Positions 8,233-17,151 are shown, counted from the first letter of the stretch. The stretch is DNA of 63,451 nucleotides from an uncultured archaeon (GCA_964363635.1 CAYIIU010000003.1:1-63451); one strand, 5' to 3'. The notes: a model not told the origin generated them from the sequence alone. Program-made: numbers and translations.

Positions 8233-9639
8233 TCAACCAAAAAACTTTGAAAGAGACGTTTGCTTCTTCGCTTCCTCGTCATCTTCGGGAATTGGGGATT
8301 CTTTGGCAGGAACTGGTTCGAGCACAGGCGCCACATCTTTCTTTTTTCGTGTACCTTTCACTTTTGCGGCGGGTTTCCCATCATCCGCATCAGCAGGAAG
8401 TTCAGTGAGTTTCATGAGTTTCTTTATTTTCGCGGAAGAAGGAGACGTGTTGAGGAGAAATGCCAATTCATCCTCATCGAAACCGAATGTTTTGACCCAA
8501 TTCTCAGGGTGGGCATCGTTTTCGATGAAAAGGGGCCAGTAAAATAACTCTTGCGCGAGACGCGAACGGGAACCGTACACGTGTTCCTGTATTTTGGCAA
8601 TCGCAGCTTTTTTGGAAGAGCCTTTCATCATGCTCAAGCGTTTTAGAATGGCGGGAAACTGGTATGAAATGAAACCATGCGCCCGTTCATTCGTACGTAA
8701 ACCCACACTCGCAACAAGGTCTCCGGAGTATTTCATGAAACCATAGTGTTGCCTGCGGAAAATGCGCCCATCAAAAATATCCGCGCGCGAAAGACCATCG
8801 TATGCGGCGGCGAGAGAGGAAGGCATGGGAAATTGGCGCGGAATGTTTTCATCGACCCATTTTTTGAGCAAGTCAGGGTCCACTTCCACACTATTTCGCG
8901 TGCGGCGAATTTCACTCAACGAAGACGAGACAAACAACGTGCGAATGGCATTGAAAATATTATCCGTCCGTTCACGATAGCCGGAATTTTGAACATCTTC
9001 CAACGTGATTTTGTTGGTTCCCCGCGAAAGGGCTTCCAAATCGAGAAGGGCGGCGCGCATGTCCCCGGAGGAATTTTTGGCGAGCTCATTGATGGAGACC
9101 GCGTCATAATCCACACCCTCTTTTTCGGCCACTTCGCGGAGGAATTTGGCCACGGTAGGATAGGGAATCTTTCGCAGCTGAATGACTTTGCAGTACGTAC
9201 GAATGCCCGCGAGGCGTTTGTCGCCGTAAATGTCATTCGCCGTAAGGATGATGGGATTACGCCCTTCTTTGAGAACATCGAGAATAGCACTCAAACCACC
9301 CTTGTCATCACTGCCGTGGACGCCGTCGACTTCGTCGAGGAGAATGAGACGAAGGGCACCGGTGAAAGACGCATTCACGGCGGCGCCCTTGACAACCTTT
9401 TCAATAATTTCCTTATTCCGCGTGTCCGAGGCATTGAATTCAACGATGGACCACCCCTGTTCGCGTGCAATCGTGTGCGCGGAAGTCGTTTTTCCCACGC
9501 CGGGCGGCCCCACGAGCAACAGGGGCTTCTGGGGATTGCCCTGACGCCAACCACTGGCCCACATTCTAACTTCGGTCATCGCCTCAGGATTTCCCACGAG
9601 CCCGCTCAACGAGGTTGGAACATGCTTCTCGACCCACAT
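8233..9639 (-). CDS. rfcL: replication factor C large subunit
   Basis: WVEKHVP...L, Walker A LLLVGPPGVGKTTSAH, Walker B LILLDEVDG and an acidic/basic C-terminal tail, which is the archaeal RfcL layout. Confidence 0.9.
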   Translation of the reverse strand: MWVEKHVPTSLSGLVGNPEAMTEVRMWASGWRQGNPQKPLLLVGPPGVGKTTSAHTIAREQGWSIVEFNASDTRNKEIIEKVVKGAAVNASFTGALRLILLDEVDGVHGSDDKGGLSAILDVLKEGRNPIILTANDIYGDKRLAGIRTYCKVIQLRKIPYPTVAKFLREVAEKEGVDYDAVSINELAKNSSGDMRAALLDLEALSRGTNKITLEDVQNSGYRERTDNIFNAIRTLFVSSSLSEIRRTRNSVEVDPDLLKKWVDENIPRQFPMPSSLAAAYDGLSRADIFDGRIFRRQHYGFMKYSGDLVASVGLRTNERAHGFISYQFPAILKRLSMMKGSSKKAAIAKIQEHVYGSRSRLAQELFYWPLFIENDAHPENWVKTFGFDEDELAFLLNTSPSSAKIKKLMKLTELPADADDGKPAAKVKGTRKKKDVAPVLEPVPAKESPIPEDDEEAKKQTSLSKFFG

Positions 9640-9677
9640 ACGACATTATATATCTCAAAACAGCATAAAAAGAGAGT

Positions 9678-10109
9678 ATGGCTGCCCAACGAAATCCACG
9701 AATGGCGCGAACGCCCACCCCATTTCGATTTATCCGCGGAGGACGACCCGTCGCACGACCGCGATCGGTTGAAAAGCCGCAAGTACGATACAAGCGGATT
9801 GGGGCCGTGGTGCGGGCGAGCAATCCCCAATTCAATTTTTCCATTCGAACTATTCAAAATAGTCAAACGAAAGCCGTTCGAGTGCTTTTTGGACGCACGA
9901 GCAAACAAACGAAGAGAACGGAATGGCGAATCATGTCCATCCGGGACTACAACCGAGAGTTTGCCAAAAAAGCACCGGGTAAAGGAGAGAAAAAAATCCA
10001 GATACTCACGAGTTCGGCTACCATGCTGGCCCAGCACCCGGATATTTTTTCGCACTTAGGACATGAACTGCTGAAGAGTGCCGTCCACATTGTGGCAATG
10101 GCTGCGTAG
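9678..10109 (+). CDS. hypothetical basic protein
   Basis: 143-aa ATG ORF. The TATA-like attatatat at 9645-9653 lies about 29 nt upstream of the ATG, a leaderless-type spacing. Confidence 0.4.
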   Translation: MAAQRNPRMARTPTPFRFIRGGRPVARPRSVEKPQVRYKRIGAVVRASNPQFNFSIRTIQNSQTKAVRVLFGRTSKQTKRTEWRIMSIRDYNREFAKKAPGKGEKKIQILTSSATMLAQHPDIFSHLGHELLKSAVHIVAMAA

Positions 10110-10156
10110 TTATTCCACGAGAATAGGGTAAAGCAAAAATAAATTAAAAAAAAGAA

Positions 10157-10564
10157 TTATTCGCGCGATTCTATTTTCACCGTCACAGGATTTTGATTCG
10201 AGTAGTGACCATCAAACCCTGCTATTTCGCAATCGCGCAGCGTCACAGTAGGTTGAGAAGTTTGCGCGACAAACAACGCGCCCCCATCCCCCTGAATAGT
10301 GGAGCCTTGGCAGTCAATCACTAAATCACTCTCCACTAAAGTAAAATATTCCACGTGATGAATGGCATCGCCGCAAAGACGAAGAGACGAAGACAAGGTG
10401 TACGGTTGAAGAGTGGAATAATTTACACAATCCTGCGGAGGAAGCGAAACCGTTCCCCCCACGACATTTCCTACGGCATTGCGCTGCTGAATAAACGAAA
10501 AGAAGAAAACAATCGCCAGCACGACCGCACCCACGAAAACCCAGTCAAACCACGAATGACGCAT
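10157..10564 (-). CDS. membrane-anchored secreted protein with beta-helix-like repeat
   Basis: N-terminal helix WVFVGAVVLAIVFFFSF, then LVIDCQGSTIQGDGG...VTLRDCEIAGF, which resembles parallel beta-helix repeats. Confidence 0.45.
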   Translation of the reverse strand: MRHSWFDWVFVGAVVLAIVFFFSFIQQRNAVGNVVGGTVSLPPQDCVNYSTLQPYTLSSSLRLCGDAIHHVEYFTLVESDLVIDCQGSTIQGDGGALFVAQTSQPTVTLRDCEIAGFDGHYSNQNPVTVKIESRE

Positions 10565-10575
10565 CGTTCAACACC

Positions 10576-10857
10576 TTACAGGAACTCCACATCGCTCGTG
10601 GATTTCCCCTTCATGGCTTTCAATTTCTCCGCGAGCTCTTTCATGGATTGAGAGGCGTTTTCACTGGACGCGTGCGCAGGAGCGGCGGTTGTTCTCGGAG
10701 CGCGCTTCTTTATTTCATTAATCTTCTCCATGGAACCCTCGGGAAGCGGACCGTGGTACAGGCACTTTCGGCACGTGGGGCCGTTCGCCGAAGAGGCAAA
10801 ATCCATGGAACCGCACTGAGGACAATATTTGAATTGCATACGCTTAACACGCCCCAT
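10576..10857 (-). CDS. zinc-ribbon protein
   Basis: YCPQCGS...GPTCRKC (CxxC-x14-CxxC) near the N-terminus, followed by a charged tail. Confidence 0.5.
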   Translation of the reverse strand: MGRVKRMQFKYCPQCGSMDFASSANGPTCRKCLYHGPLPEGSMEKINEIKKRAPRTTAAPAHASSENASQSMKELAEKLKAMKGKSTSDVEFL

Positions 10858-10872
10858 TCCACGCTCAACGGA

Positions 10873-11730
10873 CTACTCGTTCATCTCCGGAAAAAGCTGC
10901 GATTTTGGTTCGTGACCCAATTTATTTTCCTCGCGCTCGACAATTTTTCGCATGACTTCCAACTCTTTATCCTTATTCTGCAAACGTTGGATGCAATAAT
11001 AGTAGGCGTTGATGATGGCATCAAAGTCTAATCGCCTCTTGAAACCCAAGCGGGCGATTTCTTCGAAATACAACCGTGTCAAACGCACCGCGACTTCCTC
11101 GTCCGCCAATTCAGAACCCATCATCTTGGAAATGCTGGGAACGTGCCTAACGGCCTTTGAAACGGGCTGAACATTTCCCAACGAACTCATCTCGGTTTTC
11201 AACGCAGACAATTCGCGCATGACCTTATTCAACGACTCTTTCGTCTCCGAAGAAAGTTTGGCGTTGGATGCCGTAGGAGAATAGATGGGAACTTTTCGCA
11301 CCACCACATGAGGGACTTTCCGCACGACGACTTTTGTTTTGGTAATCGTCCGCGTACGTGTTTTCGTTTTGCCGCGGGCTTTCTCCGGGTGTTCAATGGC
11401 ATTGCGCGAGGACTTCCACAATTTTACCGCACCCTCAAACGTGTTCCCCTGCTGAATCTGTTTGCGCACGAACAAGTTGTACATGGAAAGCTCGCGCTTA
11501 GGCTGCGCGCCTTTCGTCTTCAAATTTTTTATTTCATTGGACAATTTTGAAAACTCGGCCTTGATATCTTTGGTTTGTGTGGCCGTTCGTTTAGAGGCGC
11601 GGTCCATTTCCTTGGCCACGCCTTTTCGCACGTCTTGAACATCTCCTTTCAACGAGCGAACTTGCTTTCGAATCTGCTTCCCCGCAATCTTTCCGGGACT
11701 CCCCGCTCGTTTCCTTGTCTTCTTGGCCAT
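10873..11730 (-). CDS. hypothetical Lys/Arg-rich protein
   Basis: 285 aa. It contains an internal VVVRKVP/VVVRKVP duplication and a PKRELSMYNLFVRKQI...VKLWK string that looks HMG/YABBY-like by eye only. Confidence 0.5.
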   Translation of the reverse strand: MAKKTRKRAGSPGKIAGKQIRKQVRSLKGDVQDVRKGVAKEMDRASKRTATQTKDIKAEFSKLSNEIKNLKTKGAQPKRELSMYNLFVRKQIQQGNTFEGAVKLWKSSRNAIEHPEKARGKTKTRTRTITKTKVVVRKVPHVVVRKVPIYSPTASNAKLSSETKESLNKVMRELSALKTEMSSLGNVQPVSKAVRHVPSISKMMGSELADEEVAVRLTRLYFEEIARLGFKRRLDFDAIINAYYYCIQRLQNKDKELEVMRKIVEREENKLGHEPKSQLFPEMNE

Positions 11731-11824
11731 AACAAAAACCTCTCAACAGGTCATAAAGGATTTTGAGACTTTTAAAGGCAACACTGACGGGGGTGTTTTA
11801 TTAACGGAGAAAAGGGGAAATGGG

Positions 11825-11932
11825 ATGATGAGTCACGCGTGCTTGATGTGCAACGGGAAGATGTATGAAAACAAATGCAAGACCATTTGCCCCAACTGCG
11901 GGAGCAAGATGGACTGCTCGGACTTGTTCTGA
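11825..11932 (+). CDS. 35-aa zinc-ribbon miniprotein (tentative)
   Basis: MMSHACLMCNGKMYENKCKTICPNCGSKMDCSDLF (CxxC...CxxC). The longer track ORF starts with TTG inside the divergent gene. The A/T box ttttattaac lies about 24 nt upstream. Confidence 0.3.
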   Translation: MMSHACLMCNGKMYENKCKTICPNCGSKMDCSDLF

Positions 11933-11985
11933 ACGACGCGGACGGGTTGCTTGCATATAAAAAGACCAAAAACCGTCTCAAAGAC

Positions 11986-13464
11986 ATGAGTATACCCCCC
12001 GCCCGACGTCAAACGCGATTGCGGTCAGCTCCTCCTCGACTTGAAAAGGCTCCATCGAACACGCGCAAATTAACCCGCACTCTGCGACAACCAAAACCCA
12101 TTCCACTGATGCATCCAAGCAGGATGGAGAAAGCCGGACTGCAATTGGCCGCGTTTGAAAATCGCACCGACCGAATGAATCGACGGTCCTTTCTCCCGGC
12201 GCTCAACTCATGGGAAATGGACCAGCGCCGGGAGCAAATTCGAGGAATGACACCCAAACAATTGCGCGAGTTTGTGGGAAAACTCAACCCCGACGAATAC
12301 AAAATTGAACAAGTGCACGTACGAAAAGGCGTTCCAGTGAACGTGAATGTGCGCACGAACCAAACGATTCGCGTGCAGAAACGAAAAGGCAGTCCGGTCA
12401 AAAGCATCACGCTCACCAACTATGGAAAATTCACCAAACTTTTTTCAGATCCTGCCGGAAGACCATGGCAGTCGATGGATGCGCAGCACCGTGAACGGAT
12501 GGTCGAGTACACGCTGAAAACCATGGACAAATATCTTTCCTCGAGTAAACATATCGTAGAAGAAGGACCCCGCATGCCCGCACGGCGTTTACGGGTGAAT
12601 GAAGTGCGGAGCCGCAGACTCCCAACGCTGGAAAATATGATTGCTCAACTTGGAAAACGAATCGAATCGGACTCATACGTGCTGCGCGAAATGAAAAAAG
12701 AGGGAAACGACCCCGTGATGACCCAGCAGATGGAGAAAATGCTCACCGGAATGAAAAACCGTGCAACTATTTTGAAAGGAATTTTTAATGGACTGAAGGA
12801 TGGAACGTATGAAACGATTGCCAAGCGAGCGGAACGAAAACATGCGAGAAAACAGGACACGCGGGCAGCACGCGAAGATATAGAAAAACGAAATGAAGCG
12901 GGAGGACGAGCAATTGCAGAGGAATGGACGCGGCGTGCACGCGAAATAAAACAGCTTCCCCAATTTACTGAATCAACACACGAACGATTGAAAAAACAGG
13001 TGCTGACTCCAGAACAAGTGTCACGCGCCACGCAGAATCTCAATCGAATTTTAGATGAATTAACACAGCAAACGCAGGCGCGTTATCGGGAAGAAACGCT
13101 GCACGAATTACGGAAAATTGTGCGCAGAATAATAGAAAATAATCCTGAAATCGACCCGCGAGCTGCATTCGCGCAAGCGGTGCAGGGGGCAGCGCGGCAA
13201 GACCGGGCGCGGCGGCCATCTATTTCCCTCCGAACCGTTTTTGCAAATGAAGAAGAGGCAAGGAGGAGCAAACTCACCCAAAATTCCGAGCGGGTGGTTG
13301 ACTTGGAAACCAGCAGATTTCTTCCAACTAGAGCACCACCCCCCAATCGAGCAGAACCACAAGGGGTTGAAGTGAAAAAAGAGCCAGCCTATGCACGCAG
13401 ACGAAAGGAATGGGTGCGCGCGTGGAGACGATGGATTAGCCGCCGACAACGAAAAGAAGAGTAA
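11986..13464 (+). CDS. hypothetical highly charged (R/K/E-rich) protein
   Basis: Long ORF. I start it at the ATG at 11986, with the TATA-like atataaaaa at 11955-11963 about 27 nt upstream. The track ATG at 11875 would overlap the zinc-ribbon ORF. Confidence 0.5.
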   Translation: MSIPPARRQTRLRSAPPRLEKAPSNTRKLTRTLRQPKPIPLMHPSRMEKAGLQLAAFENRTDRMNRRSFLPALNSWEMDQRREQIRGMTPKQLREFVGKLNPDEYKIEQVHVRKGVPVNVNVRTNQTIRVQKRKGSPVKSITLTNYGKFTKLFSDPAGRPWQSMDAQHRERMVEYTLKTMDKYLSSSKHIVEEGPRMPARRLRVNEVRSRRLPTLENMIAQLGKRIESDSYVLREMKKEGNDPVMTQQMEKMLTGMKNRATILKGIFNGLKDGTYETIAKRAERKHARKQDTRAAREDIEKRNEAGGRAIAEEWTRRAREIKQLPQFTESTHERLKKQVLTPEQVSRATQNLNRILDELTQQTQARYREETLHELRKIVRRIIENNPEIDPRAAFAQAVQGAARQDRARRPSISLRTVFANEEEARRSKLTQNSERVVDLETSRFLPTRAPPPNRAEPQGVEVKKEPAYARRRKEWVRAWRRWISRRQRKEE

Positions 13465-13524
13465 GCACTCACCCACCGAGTTTCGCACCACTAACGAATT
13501 AATACTCGATGCACTTTCTTAGTC

Positions 13525-14169
13525 ATGGACGCCATTATTCTCGCGGGGGGAAAAGGTTCACGCATGGACGCGGATAAACCGAAAGCGCTGGTGGAAGTTC
13601 AAGGAAAAACAATATTAGAATGGCAGCTGGACTATGTCCTCCCGCACGTAGAAAAAATAGTGTTGGCAGTGGGGTTCAAAGGAGAAATGGTCGAATCGTT
13701 TGTACGTGAAAAATACTTTGGAAAAAATATTGTGTGCGCCAAAGAAGACGGCCCATTAGGAACGGCCGGGGCGCTGCGCAATGCCCTCGAACACACGAAG
13801 AGCGATTTCGTTCTCGTACTTAACGCGGATGACTTGACAGATATTGACATTCCAAAGCTTTCAACAGCAAAAGAAAATACCATTTGCGTCTGCCACCCGC
13901 GCCTGCAGTTTGGACTCGTCAAAAGCAAAAACGGCTACGCGGAGTTTGTGGAGAAACCCCTGCTGAAAGAACGCGTATCGTGCGGATGGTACCTGTTCAA
14001 CCGCACGCACGTAGAAGCGGTATTGCCCAAAAAAGGAAGCTTGGAATACGACGTTTTCCCCTCCATCCGATTGCGCGTGTATCCCCACAATGGATTTTGG
14101 AAACCACTCAATTCGCCTAAAGACATGGAAGAAGCAGAAAAAATGGATCTGAAAAAAGTGATGGGTTAG
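13525..14169 (+). CDS. sugar-1-phosphate nucleotidyltransferase
   Basis: MDAIILAGGKGSRM (the LAGGxGxR motif), PLGTAGAL and VLNADDL. Confidence 0.85.
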   Translation: MDAIILAGGKGSRMDADKPKALVEVQGKTILEWQLDYVLPHVEKIVLAVGFKGEMVESFVREKYFGKNIVCAKEDGPLGTAGALRNALEHTKSDFVLVLNADDLTDIDIPKLSTAKENTICVCHPRLQFGLVKSKNGYAEFVEKPLLKERVSCGWYLFNRTHVEAVLPKKGSLEYDVFPSIRLRVYPHNGFWKPLNSPKDMEEAEKMDLKKVMG

Positions 14170-14171
14170 CA

Positions 14172-14855
14172 TTACGAAAAATTTCGAATCCACGAAAGAG
14201 TTTCGTGAAATAATTTTTGCTCCGTCCCCTCTTCATTAAAATTGTGGCCCGCGTCAGGAATGATAACGTGCTCTTTCGCCACACGGACGCGAGACAAATA
14301 TTTCTTCGCTCCAGCCACTAAAACACCCTTGCCAGCTGAAATAATCTTAAGCGGAACGTTCCACTCCTCGACAAGATGCAGGGCTTTTTGGGGAGTTAAT
14401 TTCTTGGCGTCTTTGATGTACGAATCCGAGACACGCATGGGAATGCCCCAGTCAATGAAACGCATCCCTGATGAGGGGTCTTTCCATACCTCTTTTTGAC
14501 GATAAATCCGGGCAACATCAAAAGAGGGGTCCCACCACACTACTGCTGTAGCGGGTGATTTAGAAAGCAAAATAGAAGGGCCACCATAACTGTGCCCCAC
14601 TAGAAATATTTTAGTAAAACCTCTTTTTCGAAAGTAATCGTATACGGTGCGCGTATCGCTTCCATGAATAGAAAGACTCGCATCAAAGAAATTTCGCGCC
14701 TTTTTGCCTTCGCAATATAGGTCAAAGCGGAAAACATTGAACCCTTTTTTTGAAAAATATGCAGCAGCGTTGAAAAATTGGTGCTCGTTGCGGTGGCCAG
14801 TGAGGCCGTGGACGAAAAATGACTTCCTCCGTGGCCTAAAGGCCACGGTATCCAT
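14172..14855 (-). CDS. alpha/beta hydrolase
   Basis: FFVHGLTGH and the nucleophile elbow LVGHSYGGP, then a C-terminal IIPDAGHNF (His). The track start at 14936 is TTG and the extension is built of hairpin repeats, so I use the ATG at 14855. Confidence 0.7.
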   Translation of the reverse strand: MDTVAFRPRRKSFFVHGLTGHRNEHQFFNAAAYFSKKGFNVFRFDLYCEGKKARNFFDASLSIHGSDTRTVYDYFRKRGFTKIFLVGHSYGGPSILLSKSPATAVVWWDPSFDVARIYRQKEVWKDPSSGMRFIDWGIPMRVSDSYIKDAKKLTPQKALHLVEEWNVPLKIISAGKGVLVAGAKKYLSRVRVAKEHVIIPDAGHNFNEEGTEQKLFHETLSWIRNFS

Positions 14856-14938
14856 ATGGGCAAGAACGTCACTTGCTCGCGCGCTCGCTCGCCAAACAAT
14901 GGGCGACAAAGGTCGCCCTAAAGGGCGAGGTATCAACC

Positions 14939-14969
14939 TTTTTCGCCGGCCTTTTTTCTAAAAAGGCCG
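14939..14969. repeat. TTTTTCGCCGGCC-hairpin repeat, copy 1
   Basis: TTTTTCGCCGGCCTTTTTTCTAAAAAGGCCG is 30/31 identical to 44866-44896. Confidence 0.7.
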
Positions 14970-15097
14970 AATGATAATTTTTTTGGAGCGTGGTGCGCTT
15001 GACGTGAACGTGCCACAAATCATCTTCTTGTCGGAAGTAGGAATCTCAAGGCTTTTTTCCATAGGAAACCCGGGAATAGTGAGTTAAAAAACCAAAT

Positions 15098-15114
15098 GGA
15101 ACCTACGGCGGTTT
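15098..15114 (+). repeat. GGAACCTACGGCGGTTT 17-mer, copy 1 (upstream of hicB)
   Basis: Exact 17-mer shared with 55922-55938. Confidence 0.7.
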
Positions 15115-15165
15115 CGCATCCAAAAACTAATAGTCTTAATAGGAAGATTGGGATACAAGTTGGTC

Positions 15166-15390
15166 ATGCGTATGAAAACATTTGATGTGGTGTTGGAACG
15201 CGGAGAAGATGGATGGTACGTCGCAGACGTCCCTGCACTCACTGGATGCCACACTCAAGGAAAGACCAAAAAAGAAGCGATGAAAAACATCAAAGAAGTC
15301 ATCGAACTCTGTTTGGAAATGGTAAAAGAACGCAAAGCAAAAACCAAGACCGGCTTTATTGGCATTGAAAAGGTCTCGGTGTATGCTTAA
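15166..15390 (+). CDS. hicB: HicB-family antitoxin
   Basis: FDVVLERGEDGWYVADVPALTGCHTQGKTKKEAMKNIKEVIELCLE is typical of the HicB/UPF0150 N-domain. It overlaps hicA by 8 nt. Confidence 0.8.
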   Translation: MRMKTFDVVLERGEDGWYVADVPALTGCHTQGKTKKEAMKNIKEVIELCLEMVKERKAKTKTGFIGIEKVSVYA

Positions 15391-15598
15391 TGCCATTAAA
15401 ACTGAAAAATTCATCCGAATCCTTCACAAGATGGGATTTAAGGAAATGCGCCAGCGCGGTTCACACAAATTCTTTGAACACGCAGATGGAAGAACGACCG
15501 TCGTTCCGTATCACTCTGAAATCCACGAAGGGCTACTAACCAAAATAGTCAAGCACGATTTGAAAATGAAACGAGAAGAATTCATGAAATTTATTTGA
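15383..15598 (+). CDS. hicA: HicA-family mRNA interferase toxin
   Basis: KFIRILHKMGFKEMRQRGSHKFFEH...TTVVPYHS...L contains the conserved GSH. The ATG at 15383 overlaps the hicB stop (ATGCTTAA). Confidence 0.85.
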   Translation: MLNAIKTEKFIRILHKMGFKEMRQRGSHKFFEHADGRTTVVPYHSEIHEGLLTKIVKHDLKMKREEFMKFI

Positions 15599-16004
15599 AC
15601 GGATTGAAACCCATTTTCTTCAAATTTTCAATGGGAAAAAATAAGGGTCGGGGAAGATTATCCCACTCGCACCATTTCCACCCATCGCATTTATTCGGCT
15701 CCATTATTTGGGGTTCGCCGTGCTCCAAATCCGTGATGACAAACAACGTGGCATAATGCTTTCCTTCACTCTCCATCACATCATTGGTGTACGGCCCTTG
15801 CGTCAATGCGGAAATGGACAAACCTGTTTCTTCCAGCATCTCGCGGCGCGCACAGCCCGCTACACCCTCTCCAAACTCTAAATGCCCCCCGGGAAAACCC
15901 CACATTCCAGCGGCATGCGAGCCTTTGCGTTTTCCGAGCAACACTTTATTGCCGCGACGCACGATTACCGCAACCCCCACGCGCGGGTGCTTTTCATCTG
16001 ACAT
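15591..16004 (-). CDS. NUDIX hydrolase
   Basis: The Nudix box GGHLEFGEGVAGCARREMLEETGL is present. Confidence 0.9.
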   Translation of the reverse strand: MSDEKHPRVGVAVIVRRGNKVLLGKRKGSHAAGMWGFPGGHLEFGEGVAGCARREMLEETGLSISALTQGPYTNDVMESEGKHYATLFVITDLEHGEPQIMEPNKCDGWKWCEWDNLPRPLFFPIENLKKMGFNPFK

Positions 16005-16005
16005 A

Positions 16006-17121
16006 TTAGTTCTCCATCACTTGCTCTGAAAAATTCACCGTAATACGTTTCGTCCGGCCGCGGCCGGAGAGGTCGGTGGTGGTCGTCACGGCCTTGCGCT
16101 TTTCCAATTCCACGAGAAGCTCGCGAATACGCCTGTCACTTAATCCAAATCCCTGCGAGGCCAGTTTGACGTACAAATCATTGGAAGGAACATTTTTCCC
16201 GCCGAGCAAAAACAAACCCTTCAAAACCATCTTGTGCGAATCCGACAAATATGGAATAGATTTCTGCACCGCGTGCGTTTCCGAGTCCTCAAACGCCGCC
16301 CTCACGTGCTCTTCGGAAATTTCGGTTGCGTTGGCGCGCTCCGCATTGCGCGCCGCTTTGCGAAGCGTTTCAATGGCCACGCGGCAATCGCCCCCGCGCT
16401 TGGAAGCGTGGCCGGCGATCAAACCAAGTGCATCTGCGGAGAGTGCATGGGGAACGAGCGCAAGCGCCGCTCGTTCACGCAAAATATCTTTCAGCTGCTG
16501 CGGGGAATATGGAACAAACTCCACCGTTTCGTGCGAGAAGCTGCTGCGCACGCGCGCATCGAGACGCGAGGGGATGCTGGTGTCGTTGGAAATGAGAATA
16601 ACAGGAATCCCCACGCGGCCATTTTCGGGAATACGCAAAATATCATACATCAAATCGTTTCCATCGTTTTCCATCAACTGGTCAAACTCATCAAAAACAA
16701 GCACGGGAACAAAATTGGCAAACTTCAAACCCTCCAAGACTTTCTGGTACAACTCACTCGTGCTCATCCCGCGTGCGGGAACGGGACGCTCCACGATCCG
16801 CGTCAATTCTGCCAAAACGGATTGCCGGGTGTTGTAGCCATAACAGTTCAAATAGACGGGTTTCACGCGGCCGGAAAATTCCTTCAACTGGCTCACGACA
16901 TATTTTAATGTAGCGGTCTTTCCGGCGCCGGGCGGACCGAAAACGAAAACATTAGAGGCCTTACCTCCCTCCGCGAGGGGCTTAAGGGCATAGACGAGGG
17001 AATTGATTTGCGACTCACGATGAGGGAGAATTTCGGGGATGAAATCCGGTGAAAGCGCCCGTTCGTCTTTGAAAATGGTATTCTCACGCACAACACGGGC
17101 AAATACATTCGAGGATGCCAT
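16006..17121 (-). CDS. cdc6: Orc1/Cdc6 replication initiator
   Basis: Walker A FVFGPPGAGKTATLKYV, Walker B LVFDEFDQL and a C-terminal winged-helix region. Length is 371 aa. Confidence 0.92.
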   Translation of the reverse strand: MASSNVFARVVRENTIFKDERALSPDFIPEILPHRESQINSLVYALKPLAEGGKASNVFVFGPPGAGKTATLKYVVSQLKEFSGRVKPVYLNCYGYNTRQSVLAELTRIVERPVPARGMSTSELYQKVLEGLKFANFVPVLVFDEFDQLMENDGNDLMYDILRIPENGRVGIPVILISNDTSIPSRLDARVRSSFSHETVEFVPYSPQQLKDILRERAALALVPHALSADALGLIAGHASKRGGDCRVAIETLRKAARNAERANATEISEEHVRAAFEDSETHAVQKSIPYLSDSHKMVLKGLFLLGGKNVPSNDLYVKLASQGFGLSDRRIRELLVELEKRKAVTTTTDLSGRGRTKRITVNFSEQVMEN

Positions 17122-17133
17122 AAATAACTAAAG

Positions 17134-17146
17134 CCCGCCGTAGGTT
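17134..17146 (-). repeat. AACCTACGGCGGG, third copy of the 12-mer core, in the cdc6 promoter
   Basis: The minus strand reads AACCTACGGCGGG directly downstream of the ATTATAA box. A partner ACGGCGG lies on the + strand at 17165-17171. Confidence 0.6.
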
Positions 17147-17151
17147 ATAAT
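17145..17151 (-). promoter_or_regulatory. TATA-like box of cdc6 (leaderless spacing)
   Basis: The minus strand reads ATTATAA, centred about 27 nt upstream of the cdc6 ATG (17121). It is immediately followed by the repeated AACCTACGGCGG motif. Confidence 0.4.

Noticed and set aside
8746-10059. 437-aa + strand ORF, plus several shorter ones, overlapping rfcL.
   Set aside because: It lies antisense to a gene with unmistakable RFC motifs. It has low-complexity R/G/H-rich composition and no recognisable motifs. It is typical shadow ORF.
14856-14936. N-terminal extension of the alpha/beta hydrolase with a TTG start.
   Set aside because: The extension is encoded by GC-clamped hairpin repeats (CCGTGGCC-TAAA-GGCCACGG, GGGCGAC-AAAG-GTCGCCC). 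The ATG at 14855 sits just before the FFVHG strand.
16076-16908. 253-aa and 224-aa + strand ORFs inside orc1/cdc6.
   Set aside because: They are antisense shadow ORFs. The minus-strand frame carries the Walker A/B and winged-helix features.
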